The notes beneath the pieces are model-generated. The model ran no database searches. It saw only the letters and a program-made list of their open reading frames with translations, and was not told the DNA's origin. A stretch of 24,000 nt of DNA, taken from positions 16,964 to 40,963 of the forward strand of contig JALHJL010000002.1 of the NCBI GenBank assembly GCA_022839625.1, in the 5' to 3' direction. Position numbers and translations under genes: made by a program. The number at the start of each line of letters is the position of its first letter. The first letter of the stretch is position 1. The stretch comes from Phycisphaerales bacterium (GTDB lineage: Bacteria; Planctomycetota; Phycisphaerae; UBA1845; Fen-1342). This document shows, piece after piece, positions 1 through 8,483 of the stretch.

Positions 1-112
1 CCGCGGCCGCGGTCTCCACGGCGCGACGCAAGTCGATGGAGTCCTCGGCGATCAGCGGCCCGTGCGCGATCACCACGCTGATGTTCCCGTGCGCCTGCGT
101 GTTCACCTTCAC
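1..112 (-). CDS. STAS-domain (anti-sigma-factor-antagonist-like) protein, N-terminal fragment; the gene runs off the left edge
   Basis: GTG at 112-110 overlaps the upstream TGA (109-111) as GTGA. This matches the coupling seen at the other junctions of the operon. The translation MKVNTQAHGNISVVIAHGPLIAEDSIDLRRAVETAAA fits the N-terminal pattern of SpoIIAA/RsbV-type STAS proteins (strand, G-x-L, then ..LR..). Only about 37 codons are visible. Confidence 0.4.
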   Translation of the reverse strand, partial: MKVNTQAHGNISVVIAHGPLIAEDSIDLRRAVETAAA

Positions 113-1428
113 GATCGAGCTTCCTCGTCCGACGCGCGCGGTGCGGGTCCGGCGGCTGTCGCCGGACTTCTCGAAGACGGATCGGCGACCGTGCCCGCCG
201 TCGGTGCGTCCCCGCACTCATCGGGTCCCGCGAAGTTCGCCATTGCCGCCCTGGGGGCCTCGTCGGCGCGCACCGCGTCCGCCGCCAGGGCGACGTTCTC
301 TTTTCGAGCCCGCTCCACCGCGTCGAAGGCCGCCGCCAGCAGGCTACTAAGCGGCGGCTGGGCGAACCCGCTGCCGGCCAGGCCCATTCGCAAGTTGATG
401 CGACCTTCCAGCGCGCCCAACTGCGCGATACAAGTTCTGGCCGCCGCGAGCATTTTCTCCGCAATCAGCCGGCCCAGGCCGCTGTCGAGCCGGCGCAGGA
501 GAACCACAAAACGATCATCCGCGAAACGGCCGACCACGTCGTCGCTCCGAACGCGGGCCGCGATGAGCTGTCCCAGGCGGACGATGAGCGCATCCCGTTC
601 GCGCCAGCAGCGCGTATCGTCCAGCCGGCGCAAGCCCTCCAGGGCCAGCACGGCGACGACCACCGGCTCATTGCCGCCGTACGAGTTCGTCAAGCTGCGC
701 TCCGCAACGGCGAAAAAGTCGTTGCGGGTCAGCACGCCGGAAGCCTGGTCCGTGCGCTGCACGACGTGCAGGCGTGCCAGGGCCGCCACGTGCAGCCACC
801 ACAGGGACAACAGCGGTCCGATCGTGCGGCGCGCCTCCGGCGACAAGGCCGCGGGGTCGCGCAACTCGCCGACCGCAATGAGCCCGATGGTGGACGCGCC
901 GCGCGCGGTTCGCCGGCGAACGGGCCAGACCCAGGTCCACGGGTCAGCACTTTGGGAAGCGAGGTCGTCCAGCAGCGGGCCGTGGGTGGGATCGCCGGCC
1001 GCGTATTCCTTCCCGGTCGTGGCCACGTGTCCCAGCAGCCCCTCCCGGGCGCTCGGTCCGGCCGGCGGCGCGGGCTTGTCGGTCTGCCGGATCGGCTGAA
1101 GCGTGTCCTGCCCCGGCTGCACGTTGAAGCAGCGGACGCGGAGGGCACCCAGGTGCTCGGTGAGCGTCTCGCGCACAAGCTGGTCGAAGGACGCCCAGAC
1201 CTCCGGTCCCTCGCCAGCGTCCGCCAGCCACGCGTGAAAGACGGTGCAGATTCGTTGCGGCACCCGCCAGCCGGGCCCGAGCTCGCTGCGCCCCACGCTC
1301 AGCGACGCCGGGACCGCCGGGGGCAATCCCTGGCCGGCCGACTGTCGCCGGTTGAACCGCAGTGCACCTAGGGCGACCGCCAGGATGCAGGCGAGCCCCA
1401 GCAGCAGGACGGTCTCAGGCGCAGGCAT
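109..1428 (-). CDS. Membrane-anchored GAF plus degenerate GGDEF domain protein (probably not a cyclase; possible c-di-GMP receptor)
   Basis: - 439-aa ORF with high GC3.
- N-terminal hydrophobic helix (VLLLGLACILAVALGAL).
- GAF-like middle region (LLGHVATTGKEYAAGD...IGLIAVGEL).
- GGDEF-domain hallmarks: DQASGVLTRNDF and the core RSDDVVGRFADDRFVVLL, where GGDEF is replaced by ADDRF.
- The start ATG at 1428 overlaps the upstream gene by 14 nt. Confidence 0.8.
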   Translation of the reverse strand: MPAPETVLLLGLACILAVALGALRFNRRQSAGQGLPPAVPASLSVGRSELGPGWRVPQRICTVFHAWLADAGEGPEVWASFDQLVRETLTEHLGALRVRCFNVQPGQDTLQPIRQTDKPAPPAGPSAREGLLGHVATTGKEYAAGDPTHGPLLDDLASQSADPWTWVWPVRRRTARGASTIGLIAVGELRDPAALSPEARRTIGPLLSLWWLHVAALARLHVVQRTDQASGVLTRNDFFAVAERSLTNSYGGNEPVVVAVLALEGLRRLDDTRCWRERDALIVRLGQLIAARVRSDDVVGRFADDRFVVLLRRLDSGLGRLIAEKMLAAARTCIAQLGALEGRINLRMGLAGSGFAQPPLSSLLAAAFDAVERARKENVALAADAVRADEAPRAAMANFAGPDECGDAPTAGTVADPSSRSPATAAGPAPRASDEEARS

Positions 1429-2968
1429 TCTCGCACTCCTTCTCCGATCCGATCGAGAAGCGCGCCGCGAAGTCCGCCGGATTCTCCCGGCGGTAGCGGG
1501 TCAGCGCGCGGAAGAAGGCCTCGGCGACCTCGGTGTCGATGCGCGAACCTTCTTCGGCCCGGATAATCTCGATGGCCCTCTCAATGCTGTAGGCGCGGCG
1601 GTACGCGCGCGTGGAGGTCAGGGCGTCGAAGGTATCGACGACGTGAACAATGCGCGCGACAAGCGGGATCTGGTCGCCGCGCAGTCCCTCGGGGTAGCCG
1701 CTGCCGTCGGGGTATTCATGATGGTACAGGACCCCGTCCAGAATGACCCCCAGGCTGGCGATGGGCTGGAGAATCTCGTAGCCCATCCGCGGGTGCTGCT
1801 TCACGACCTCCCACTCCTCGGGCGTCAGCTTCCCCGGCTTGCAGAGGATTTCCTCCGGGATGCCGATCTTGCCCACGTCGTGCAGCAGACCGGCCCACTC
1901 CATGGTCTGTTGCTGGGCCGGCGGCACGCCGAGCTCCTGCGCCGTCAACCGTGTCAGGAACCCGCCCCGTTCCGAATGGCCGCTGGTGTAATGGTCCTTC
2001 TTGTCGATCGCGGCGACCAGCGCGCGCGTCACTTCCAGCAGCATCCGGTGCATACGTTCGTGCAGTTCGGTGTTGCTGATGATCTGGCCGCCGAACGCGA
2101 GCACCGACTCGATCAACATCATGTCGCCGGCGCTGAACGCACCTCGCCCGGCGCTACGGTCCGCAAGCACAACTTCCACCTTGTCATCCAGGCGGACCAG
2201 CGGCGCGGCGATCACCTGTCGCCCGCCGACCACTGCGACCCGGACGTGCCGCGTACGGCGTACGAAGTCGGCGGCCTGGGCCAGCTCCGCCGGATTCAGG
2301 GCCGGCCCCCGGGACACCGCCCCGTCCGGCTGGGGCTGCGCGAAGTACGTGCGGCACGCCCCCTCGGCCGCGACCACGCACACCGCGTCGGAGGACAGCA
2401 GCCGCGCGACCCGCTCCAACAGCACCTTCTCGATTTCCCTGACATCGGTGACGTTCGCGATCTGCTGCGTTAAGTCGAAGATCAGGTTGAGTTGCTCGTA
2501 GTTCTGGAGGATCTCGTTCGCAAAGCCGGCGTTCTCCTCCAGCATCTGGCCGATGCGCTGCACGAGCCGCGCCGCATCGTCCAGTCGGCCGAGCAGGTCC
2601 ACCGGACTGCACCGCCCGGGCCCGCCGGTGAGCGGCCCCTCCACCGTCACCACGGTCGCCGGACTGCCGGCGATGCTCGTGACTTGTGCCGCCGCACGGA
2701 ACCCTTTGGAACACTTGCCATCGCAAAGCTGTGCGACGTCGGCCGCATTTCTCAGCGCGCCGCGCAGGAACTCGCACCCGCGCATCAGCGCGGCGCCCGG
2801 GTCGCCCTCCAGGCAAGCGTCCAAGCAGTGTCCCGGCGGCTGCGACGCGTACGCGGCACTGCCGACCACCCCCACGGACAGTGTCCGGCCGTCGCCTGAC
2901 ACGGACAGCCCCCCGACCAGATCACGGAGGAGCCCCTGATCCGTGGACGCGGACGTCTGGGTACTCAT
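1415..2968 (-). CDS. HD-GYP domain c-di-GMP phosphodiesterase with a Cys-rich N-terminal region and a GAF-like domain
   Basis: - Motifs HYTSGHSERG, LLHDVGKIGIP and HHEYPDGSGYP (1691-1723) are canonical HD-GYP.
- The preceding region looks GAF-like.
- The track starts at TTG 2974. I prefer ATG 2968 (MSTQ...), which overlaps the response-regulator stop as TGATG. Confidence 0.85.
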   Translation of the reverse strand: MSTQTSASTDQGLLRDLVGGLSVSGDGRTLSVGVVGSAAYASQPPGHCLDACLEGDPGAALMRGCEFLRGALRNAADVAQLCDGKCSKGFRAAAQVTSIAGSPATVVTVEGPLTGGPGRCSPVDLLGRLDDAARLVQRIGQMLEENAGFANEILQNYEQLNLIFDLTQQIANVTDVREIEKVLLERVARLLSSDAVCVVAAEGACRTYFAQPQPDGAVSRGPALNPAELAQAADFVRRTRHVRVAVVGGRQVIAAPLVRLDDKVEVVLADRSAGRGAFSAGDMMLIESVLAFGGQIISNTELHERMHRMLLEVTRALVAAIDKKDHYTSGHSERGGFLTRLTAQELGVPPAQQQTMEWAGLLHDVGKIGIPEEILCKPGKLTPEEWEVVKQHPRMGYEILQPIASLGVILDGVLYHHEYPDGSGYPEGLRGDQIPLVARIVHVVDTFDALTSTRAYRRAYSIERAIEIIRAEEGSRIDTEVAEAFFRALTRYRRENPADFAARFSIGSEKECENACA

Positions 2969-3384
2969 CAGCAAGCACCTCTTTCACTAACGGGCGGCGG
3001 TGCCATCCGCGCCGTGGTCGGTCGGCCGGCCGCCAGGGATTCGACGACTTCCGAAAGGCGGCTGGGACTGAACGGCTTCGGCAGCACCGTGACTCCCCAG
3101 TCGGCCAGGCGGTCGCGGATCTCCGCGTGGTCCCAGCGATTCGTCAGCACGATCACGCCACGCCGCACGCAGCCCTCCCCGATCACGGACTCGATCAGGG
3201 CCAGGCCGTCCATGCCCGGCATGTTGATGTCGGAGACCAGGATGTCGACCGGCTCGGCGCGCACGAGGTCGCGGGCGGCCAGCCCGTTCCGCGCCTCGAA
3301 GACGACGTGTCCTTCGCGTTGCAGCCACATGCTGATCAGCCGCAGAATGTGCGGATCGTCTTCGGCCACCAGGATTCGGCTCAT
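2968..3384 (-). CDS. Single-domain response regulator (REC/CheY-like, no output domain)
   Basis: - ILVAEDD acidic pocket.
- Phospho-acceptor context ILVSDINMPGMDG.
- VLTN and LPKPF conserved T and K positions.
- 138 aa.
- ATG at 3384 overlaps the kinase stop (ATGA, 3381-3384). Confidence 0.9.
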   Translation of the reverse strand: MSRILVAEDDPHILRLISMWLQREGHVVFEARNGLAARDLVRAEPVDILVSDINMPGMDGLALIESVIGEGCVRRGVIVLTNRWDHAEIRDRLADWGVTVLPKPFSPSRLSEVVESLAAGRPTTARMAPPPVSERGAC

Positions 3385-5252
3385 CGCTCAGGGACCTCCG
3401 CGGCGGCCGCGGCCGAGTTCGGCAGCTCCACCGTGAACGTTGACCCTTTGCCCCGTTCACTTTCCAGCAGAATGTCGCCCCCGTGCAGCCGGGCCACCTC
3501 GCGCGCCAACGCCAGCCCCAGTCCGGTTCCGGGCAGCATCTGCACGGCGTCGTCGGCGGCCCGGTAGAACTTCTCGAACACGTGCGGCTGGGCTTCCGGC
3601 GCGATTCCGATGCCCGTGTCGCGCACACTAATCAGGATGCGCTGGCCCTCCAGTTCCACGCTGACGTGGACCTTGCCGTTCTCGGGCGTGTACTTGACCG
3701 CGTTGCCGATCAGGTTGTTCAGCAACACCGACAACCGCTGTTTATCGCCCTTGATCTTCGGCAGCTTCGGCGGGAGCGACAGCGTCAGGTCGATCTTCTT
3801 CTCGTCCGCGGTGCCCAGGCTGTCCTGAACCATCTGCCGCACGAGGCGGGCCAGCTCCACTTCCCCGACGTCCAGCCGCGCCGTCCCCACCTCGAGCTGC
3901 GAGATGCTCAGGATGTCTTCCACCAGGCGCGACAGCCGGCGCGTCTCGCTGATCAGCACGTTGTAGCACTCTTTCCGCGTCTGCTCGTCGTCGAACCCCG
4001 GCTGCGTGAGCGTCTCGGCGTACGCGTGGATGTTGGTCAGCGGCGTCCGCAGTTCGTGCGTGACGTGGTAGAGGAAGTTGTCGCGCGCCCGCTGGCTTTC
4101 GCGCAACTGGCTGATGTCCTCGACCGTGACGACGGCATCCCCGCCTGCCGGCGGCGCCGGCGCCGGCAAGACCCGGAAACGCAGCGTAGTCTCCTGATCT
4201 CCCTGCCCGGTGCTCTGGTCAACCGACATGCCGCTGCCCGAACCCGCCTGCACTCCCGCGATCCCCTGCTGCACCGCCGGGTTGTGGATGGCCATGCTCA
4301 CCGGCCGGTGCACCATCTCATTCAAGCTCCGCCCCAGGAGCGTGGCCGCCGCACCATTGGCATAGCTCACCCGCTGCTCCGGCGTGATGCAAAGCACGCC
4401 GAACGGCAGCCGGTCGAGCACGCGGCGGAAAACGGCGTTCTCGAACCGCGCCAGCACGTTCCCCGTCGCATCGCCCGCACGGCCGGTCTCCTGCTCGCGC
4501 TGCATGGCGGCCAGTTGCTCGATCAACTGGTTCCACCCGCGCGCCGCCGCCCCCAGCGAATCGCTGAGCGTCAGCGTCAGCAGCTCCTTCTCAATGCCCG
4601 CGGCATAGCTGGTGAGGCTGTGCTCGATCGCCGCCGCGGGCCGCAGATGGCGCCGCAGCCGCTGGTGGAAAACGGCAAATGCGAACAGAACGAAGCCCGC
4701 TGCGGCACCCCACGTAATGAGGAGAAAGGTCCGTCCGTCGGCGGCGGGCATCTCGCGCTCCACCGTCAGCAGCCCGAGGTTCGCGCCGCCCGGCGCGGAC
4801 ACCGCCGCGGTTGCGACGAGCGGCGCAGGGCCGGTGGCCGACGTTCCGCTCGCCGGGCGTTCGGCGAGCCCCACGACGAGCGCCAGCGGGCGCGGCCACT
4901 CGAACGCGATGCTGCCGTCGGGGGCGGTCCATTGCACACGACGCAGGTAGGGGACGCCGCGCACGCACTCGCCGAGCAACTCACCCGGGGCCTGGTCGGC
5001 GTCGCCCCTGCTTGCCAGCAGCGCCGCCCAGGTGCGGGCGAGAGTCTCCGTCGCCGATTGCTCGACCGACCGCGCCTGCCCGCGCCAACCGCGGTCGCAG
5101 ACCAGGTAGGCGGCAGCCAACCCCACGAACGCGAAGACGACGAAGCCCAGGCTGAGGGCTTCGGGCAGCAGTCCGTTGCGCCACATACTCCGGCGGTCCG
5201 GACCCGCTTTCGTGGGCGCAGGATTCGTCTGTTCCGCGGGCATCGCGACCAT
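3381..5252 (-). CDS. Transmembrane sensor histidine kinase (two TM helices, periplasmic loop, PAS-like region, HisKA, HATPase_c)
   Basis: - H-box FLYHVTHELRTPLT.
- N-box LLNNLIGNAVKYT.
- G1 VRDTGIGI.
- G2 GTGLGLALAREV.
- Two hydrophobic segments flank a loop of about 140 aa.
- The start is ATG 5252 or ATG 5243. Confidence 0.9.
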   Translation of the reverse strand: MVAMPAEQTNPAPTKAGPDRRSMWRNGLLPEALSLGFVVFAFVGLAAAYLVCDRGWRGQARSVEQSATETLARTWAALLASRGDADQAPGELLGECVRGVPYLRRVQWTAPDGSIAFEWPRPLALVVGLAERPASGTSATGPAPLVATAAVSAPGGANLGLLTVEREMPAADGRTFLLITWGAAAGFVLFAFAVFHQRLRRHLRPAAAIEHSLTSYAAGIEKELLTLTLSDSLGAAARGWNQLIEQLAAMQREQETGRAGDATGNVLARFENAVFRRVLDRLPFGVLCITPEQRVSYANGAAATLLGRSLNEMVHRPVSMAIHNPAVQQGIAGVQAGSGSGMSVDQSTGQGDQETTLRFRVLPAPAPPAGGDAVVTVEDISQLRESQRARDNFLYHVTHELRTPLTNIHAYAETLTQPGFDDEQTRKECYNVLISETRRLSRLVEDILSISQLEVGTARLDVGEVELARLVRQMVQDSLGTADEKKIDLTLSLPPKLPKIKGDKQRLSVLLNNLIGNAVKYTPENGKVHVSVELEGQRILISVRDTGIGIAPEAQPHVFEKFYRAADDAVQMLPGTGLGLALAREVARLHGGDILLESERGKGSTFTVELPNSAAAAAEVPER

Positions 5253-5492
5253 CGCCTTTCGGTGACTCGACGCTTCGTTGGGCGCATCGGTGGTCCGAGA
5301 AGGCCACTTGAAGAAGGAATCGTGGGAGCGCGCGCGCGGCTGCGCGGCCCGTGCGGCGCGGTCCCGACAGAGTTGCGCACCGGCCGATAACCTGCGGCGA
5401 CGCGCCGCCAGGGCGCGCTCGGCGGCCAGCTCTGGCCCGGGAGACGACTCAGCAGCGCCATCGGAACCCCAGGCGCCGGCGGCAGCGGAAGG

Positions 5493-8210
5493 TTATCGAG
5501 CCCCGTCGCACAACGCGGAGAACCGCGGACACAGCTCTTCGCGCACGCGTGCGATCACATCGACGGCATGACCGGCCGCCGCGGCGGCCTGGAGCAGCCG
5601 CTGGACCGACTGCCCCAGCTCGTCCGAGTCGACGGCCTCATCGGCCAGAGTCTTGCGCAGTGCATCGAGCGCGTCGTCCACCTGCCCCTGCACGAGCAAG
5701 CAGAAGGCCAACTGCCGCCGGAACGGCGCCGCCATCTCGTCGTACTTGTGCGTTTGAATCACCGGCAGGCTTTCGATTGCCTGTCGGAGCAGCTCGACGG
5801 CCCGTCCGGCGTCGGCCGCTGATCCGCGCAGCACGTAATCCGCCTGTTCGGACAGCGCCACGGCCTCTAGCCTGGGGAAGCGGGGCCGCAGGGGGCGGTA
5901 GAGCAGCACCGCCCGCCCGGCCTGCTCGGCCGCCGCCGGAAACTCGCTCTGGAGCGCGTGCCAGGCCGCGATCAAGCGGCACGTCTCCGGCGCCATGGAG
6001 GCGATGATCGCGTCGACATCCGTCTCGGGCGTGATCGGCGCCATCACCCCCGCAAACCGGGCCAGCGTCGGCGCGAACCGCGGTTCCTGGCTGAGGTGAG
6101 ACAAGACGGCCCCCCAGTAGCGTTGCGCGAGACGCTCGCTCTCGTCCTCGAACGGCAGCACCGAAAGCGACCGCAGGGCATCACGCAGCAGCCCGATGCG
6201 GGCCTCAACCCCCGGCGAATAACCGACCAGCCCCAGGAGCGTGTCCACGTCAAACGGCGTGCGCGCCCGTTGCCGGCGCCAAGCCTGCTCCGCGGCACTC
6301 GACCACACGCCGGCCCGTTCCGGTGCGACCCGACGGTAGATCTCGGCCAGCCACTCCGCCGAACGGGCCGCAACCTTGTCGGTACGCATGAGGGCCGGCG
6401 CGGAGGACCCGAGCTCCATCGCCTCGGTATACGCCTCGTGGGCCCGGTGAATGGCCTCAAGCCAGCTTCGCTCGTCGGCGGCTGCCTGTGTCTGCGTCAG
6501 ACACGCCGTCGCCGCCTGCTGCGCGAGCGCGTACCGGCACTCGAGGGCCGTCTGCGCCGCGAGGAGCCGCCGCGTCGGATCGAGCAGATCCTGTCCGGCG
6601 ACGAGGGCGCCGCGCAACGCCGCCTCGTAGCGCCGCTCACTGAAGGCCGTCTGGATCGCCTGCTCGGCGCGCACGCCGCGCCAGTTCTGGAACGTCAGCC
6701 AGCCGGCCGCGCCGCCGGCTGCCAGACACGCGACGCCGGCGAGCAACGCCACGCTCGGGCGCCCCGGCGTCGCGGTCGAGGGCGGGGTTCCGGCGTCGTC
6801 TTCAGGCAGCGTGCGGCAGGCTGCCCACGCGGCCCCCAACAGCGTATAGAAGATCGCCGGGACTCCGGGCAGGCGAAGCGAGACCCCGGTCAGCGACTCG
6901 GCGAGCAGGGCCGCCACGCCGCCCGCCAGGGCCGCGTACAGCCAGCGCTCGCGGGCCGTCTTGGTCCGGCGCAGGAGCGCGCCAAAGGCAAAGAAAGTGG
7001 CGACGAAACCCCCGACGTACGGGACGCCCCCGACGACACCGACTTCCGTCAGCACCTCGAAAAGCTCATTGTGGGCATGCTCGACGAGCACGCTCTCGCC
7101 CATGAAGGCCGCGGGATCGAGGGCTCGGTCCCGCACTCCCAGCGCGCCGGCCAACCGCGGGTACGCACCCGCCCCGTGACCGGCCAGCTGCGCCCAGGAG
7201 GACTGGCTCCACAGCTCGCTGGCATAACGCCAGGCGTACAGGCGGATGCGGATCGTGGCCCCCCGTGCCATCGCCACGTCCAGATGAGAGATGGAGAGCC
7301 ACCAGGCCCCGGCGACGACGCCTGTCACCACCAGGACACTCGTCAACGCCCAGCGCAGCCGCCGCCCGACGCAATACAGCACCATTACGGCCAACCCTGC
7401 TCCCAGTCCGACCAGGGCCCCGCGCGAATTGGTCAAGAGGAGGCACCAGCCCAATGGAACCAACGCGACCACACCGCCAAGCGCCCACCACCACGACGCG
7501 CTCCCCCCTCTCCGCCATTCAGCAACCCTTCCCGCCAGCAACCCGAGAGCGACGAGCACGGTCGGCACGACGCTGGCGGCGAGCGCCGCGGGGTTGCCGA
7601 TCGGGAAGCCCGGCCGGTGGTGTGGGTTACGCTCGTAGTAATACCAAACGCAGAGCGCCGCACCGACGACCCCCGCGCCCAACACACCCACGAGCACCGC
7701 GGCAACGTGCCGGCGCCGCAGTGTGGCCGCAACGCCGATCGCCCAGGCCAAACCGAGTAGATACAGGAGGCCCTGGCCGCGCGCGCCCGCGGCGTCCGCC
7801 GCCCAGAAGCTGCTCACCAGCGAGATCCCCCCCCACCCGACCAGCAGCGCCTGGGCCAGCCCCACCGGAGACACCCGCACACCCGTGTCCGCCCCGCGCG
7901 TCCGAAGCGTGCAGACGCCGGTCAACAGGAGCCCAGCCGCCGCCGCCAGGTGCAAAGCCAGGTCCTTGACCTCGACCCCACGGGCGCTGGCCATCACGCC
8001 GCCCAGCGACATCCAGTCGGTGACCTGTCGGAGCAACGACCCCGCGCGCCACGGGATCGCACCCGGGTACGTCCTTCCCGGCGGCGGGCTGATGAGCAGG
8101 AACGTGGCGGCCAGAAGCACGCAGGCGAGGGCGAGGGCGACCGGAGAACACAGTGCTCCCCGGTCGCTTACCGTGGGCGGGGTGGTCGGGAAGAGCGCCT
8201 CGCTTTTCAT
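5493..8210 (-). CDS. Polytopic O-antigen ligase/polymerase-like (Wzy_C family) membrane protein with a ~400-aa C-terminal helical-repeat (TPR-like) domain
   Basis: - 905-aa ORF with many hydrophobic helices.
- Wzy_C-type signatures LLLTNSRGALVGLGAG and VEHAHNELFEVLTEVGVVGG.
- The C-terminal half is soluble, Ala/Leu/Arg-rich and helical.
- ATG at 8210, TAA at 5493-5495. Confidence 0.7.
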   Translation of the reverse strand: MKSEALFPTTPPTVSDRGALCSPVALALACVLLAATFLLISPPPGRTYPGAIPWRAGSLLRQVTDWMSLGGVMASARGVEVKDLALHLAAAAGLLLTGVCTLRTRGADTGVRVSPVGLAQALLVGWGGISLVSSFWAADAAGARGQGLLYLLGLAWAIGVAATLRRRHVAAVLVGVLGAGVVGAALCVWYYYERNPHHRPGFPIGNPAALAASVVPTVLVALGLLAGRVAEWRRGGSASWWWALGGVVALVPLGWCLLLTNSRGALVGLGAGLAVMVLYCVGRRLRWALTSVLVVTGVVAGAWWLSISHLDVAMARGATIRIRLYAWRYASELWSQSSWAQLAGHGAGAYPRLAGALGVRDRALDPAAFMGESVLVEHAHNELFEVLTEVGVVGGVPYVGGFVATFFAFGALLRRTKTARERWLYAALAGGVAALLAESLTGVSLRLPGVPAIFYTLLGAAWAACRTLPEDDAGTPPSTATPGRPSVALLAGVACLAAGGAAGWLTFQNWRGVRAEQAIQTAFSERRYEAALRGALVAGQDLLDPTRRLLAAQTALECRYALAQQAATACLTQTQAAADERSWLEAIHRAHEAYTEAMELGSSAPALMRTDKVAARSAEWLAEIYRRVAPERAGVWSSAAEQAWRRQRARTPFDVDTLLGLVGYSPGVEARIGLLRDALRSLSVLPFEDESERLAQRYWGAVLSHLSQEPRFAPTLARFAGVMAPITPETDVDAIIASMAPETCRLIAAWHALQSEFPAAAEQAGRAVLLYRPLRPRFPRLEAVALSEQADYVLRGSAADAGRAVELLRQAIESLPVIQTHKYDEMAAPFRRQLAFCLLVQGQVDDALDALRKTLADEAVDSDELGQSVQRLLQAAAAAGHAVDVIARVREELCPRFSALCDGAR

Positions 8211-8223
8211 TTCGTTATCCGTG

Positions 8224-8250
8224 TTGACAGCAACCCATAACCGCTACAAT
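8224..8250 (+). promoter_or_regulatory. Candidate sigma70-type promoter in the divergent intergenic region upstream of murC
   Basis: TTGACA (8224-8229) and TACAAT (8245-8250) lie in an AT-richer island. The spacer is only 15 nt, which is suboptimal, so this is tentative. It would give a leader of about 230 nt before murC. Confidence 0.3.
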
Positions 8251-8483
8251 GCGGCGCACAGTCGTGACCCCTCCGTGTGCCACGGACGGCGACCACGCGC
8301 GGGCAGTATACTCCTGGTGCGACGAGAGACGCACCACCAGTGGACCGAGCAAGGACGTGAAGTTTTCCAGCCCGTTGAGCAAGGGTGCCGGCATCGCGAG
8401 TGAGCCAGGCGGCACGGCCGCGAGAGCTCACCGGCGACCATGCCGTCAGCACCTTCTTGCTGCGGACAGTTAGGGCCGTGACT

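Noticed and set aside
8385-8483. An upstream GTG start for murC, adding 33 residues.
   Set aside because: There is no spaced ribosome-binding site. The extension would give an atypically long N-terminus before the GxGGxGMS motif. ATG 8484 has an AGGG 8 nt upstream. This remains uncertain because GC3 in the extension is fairly high.
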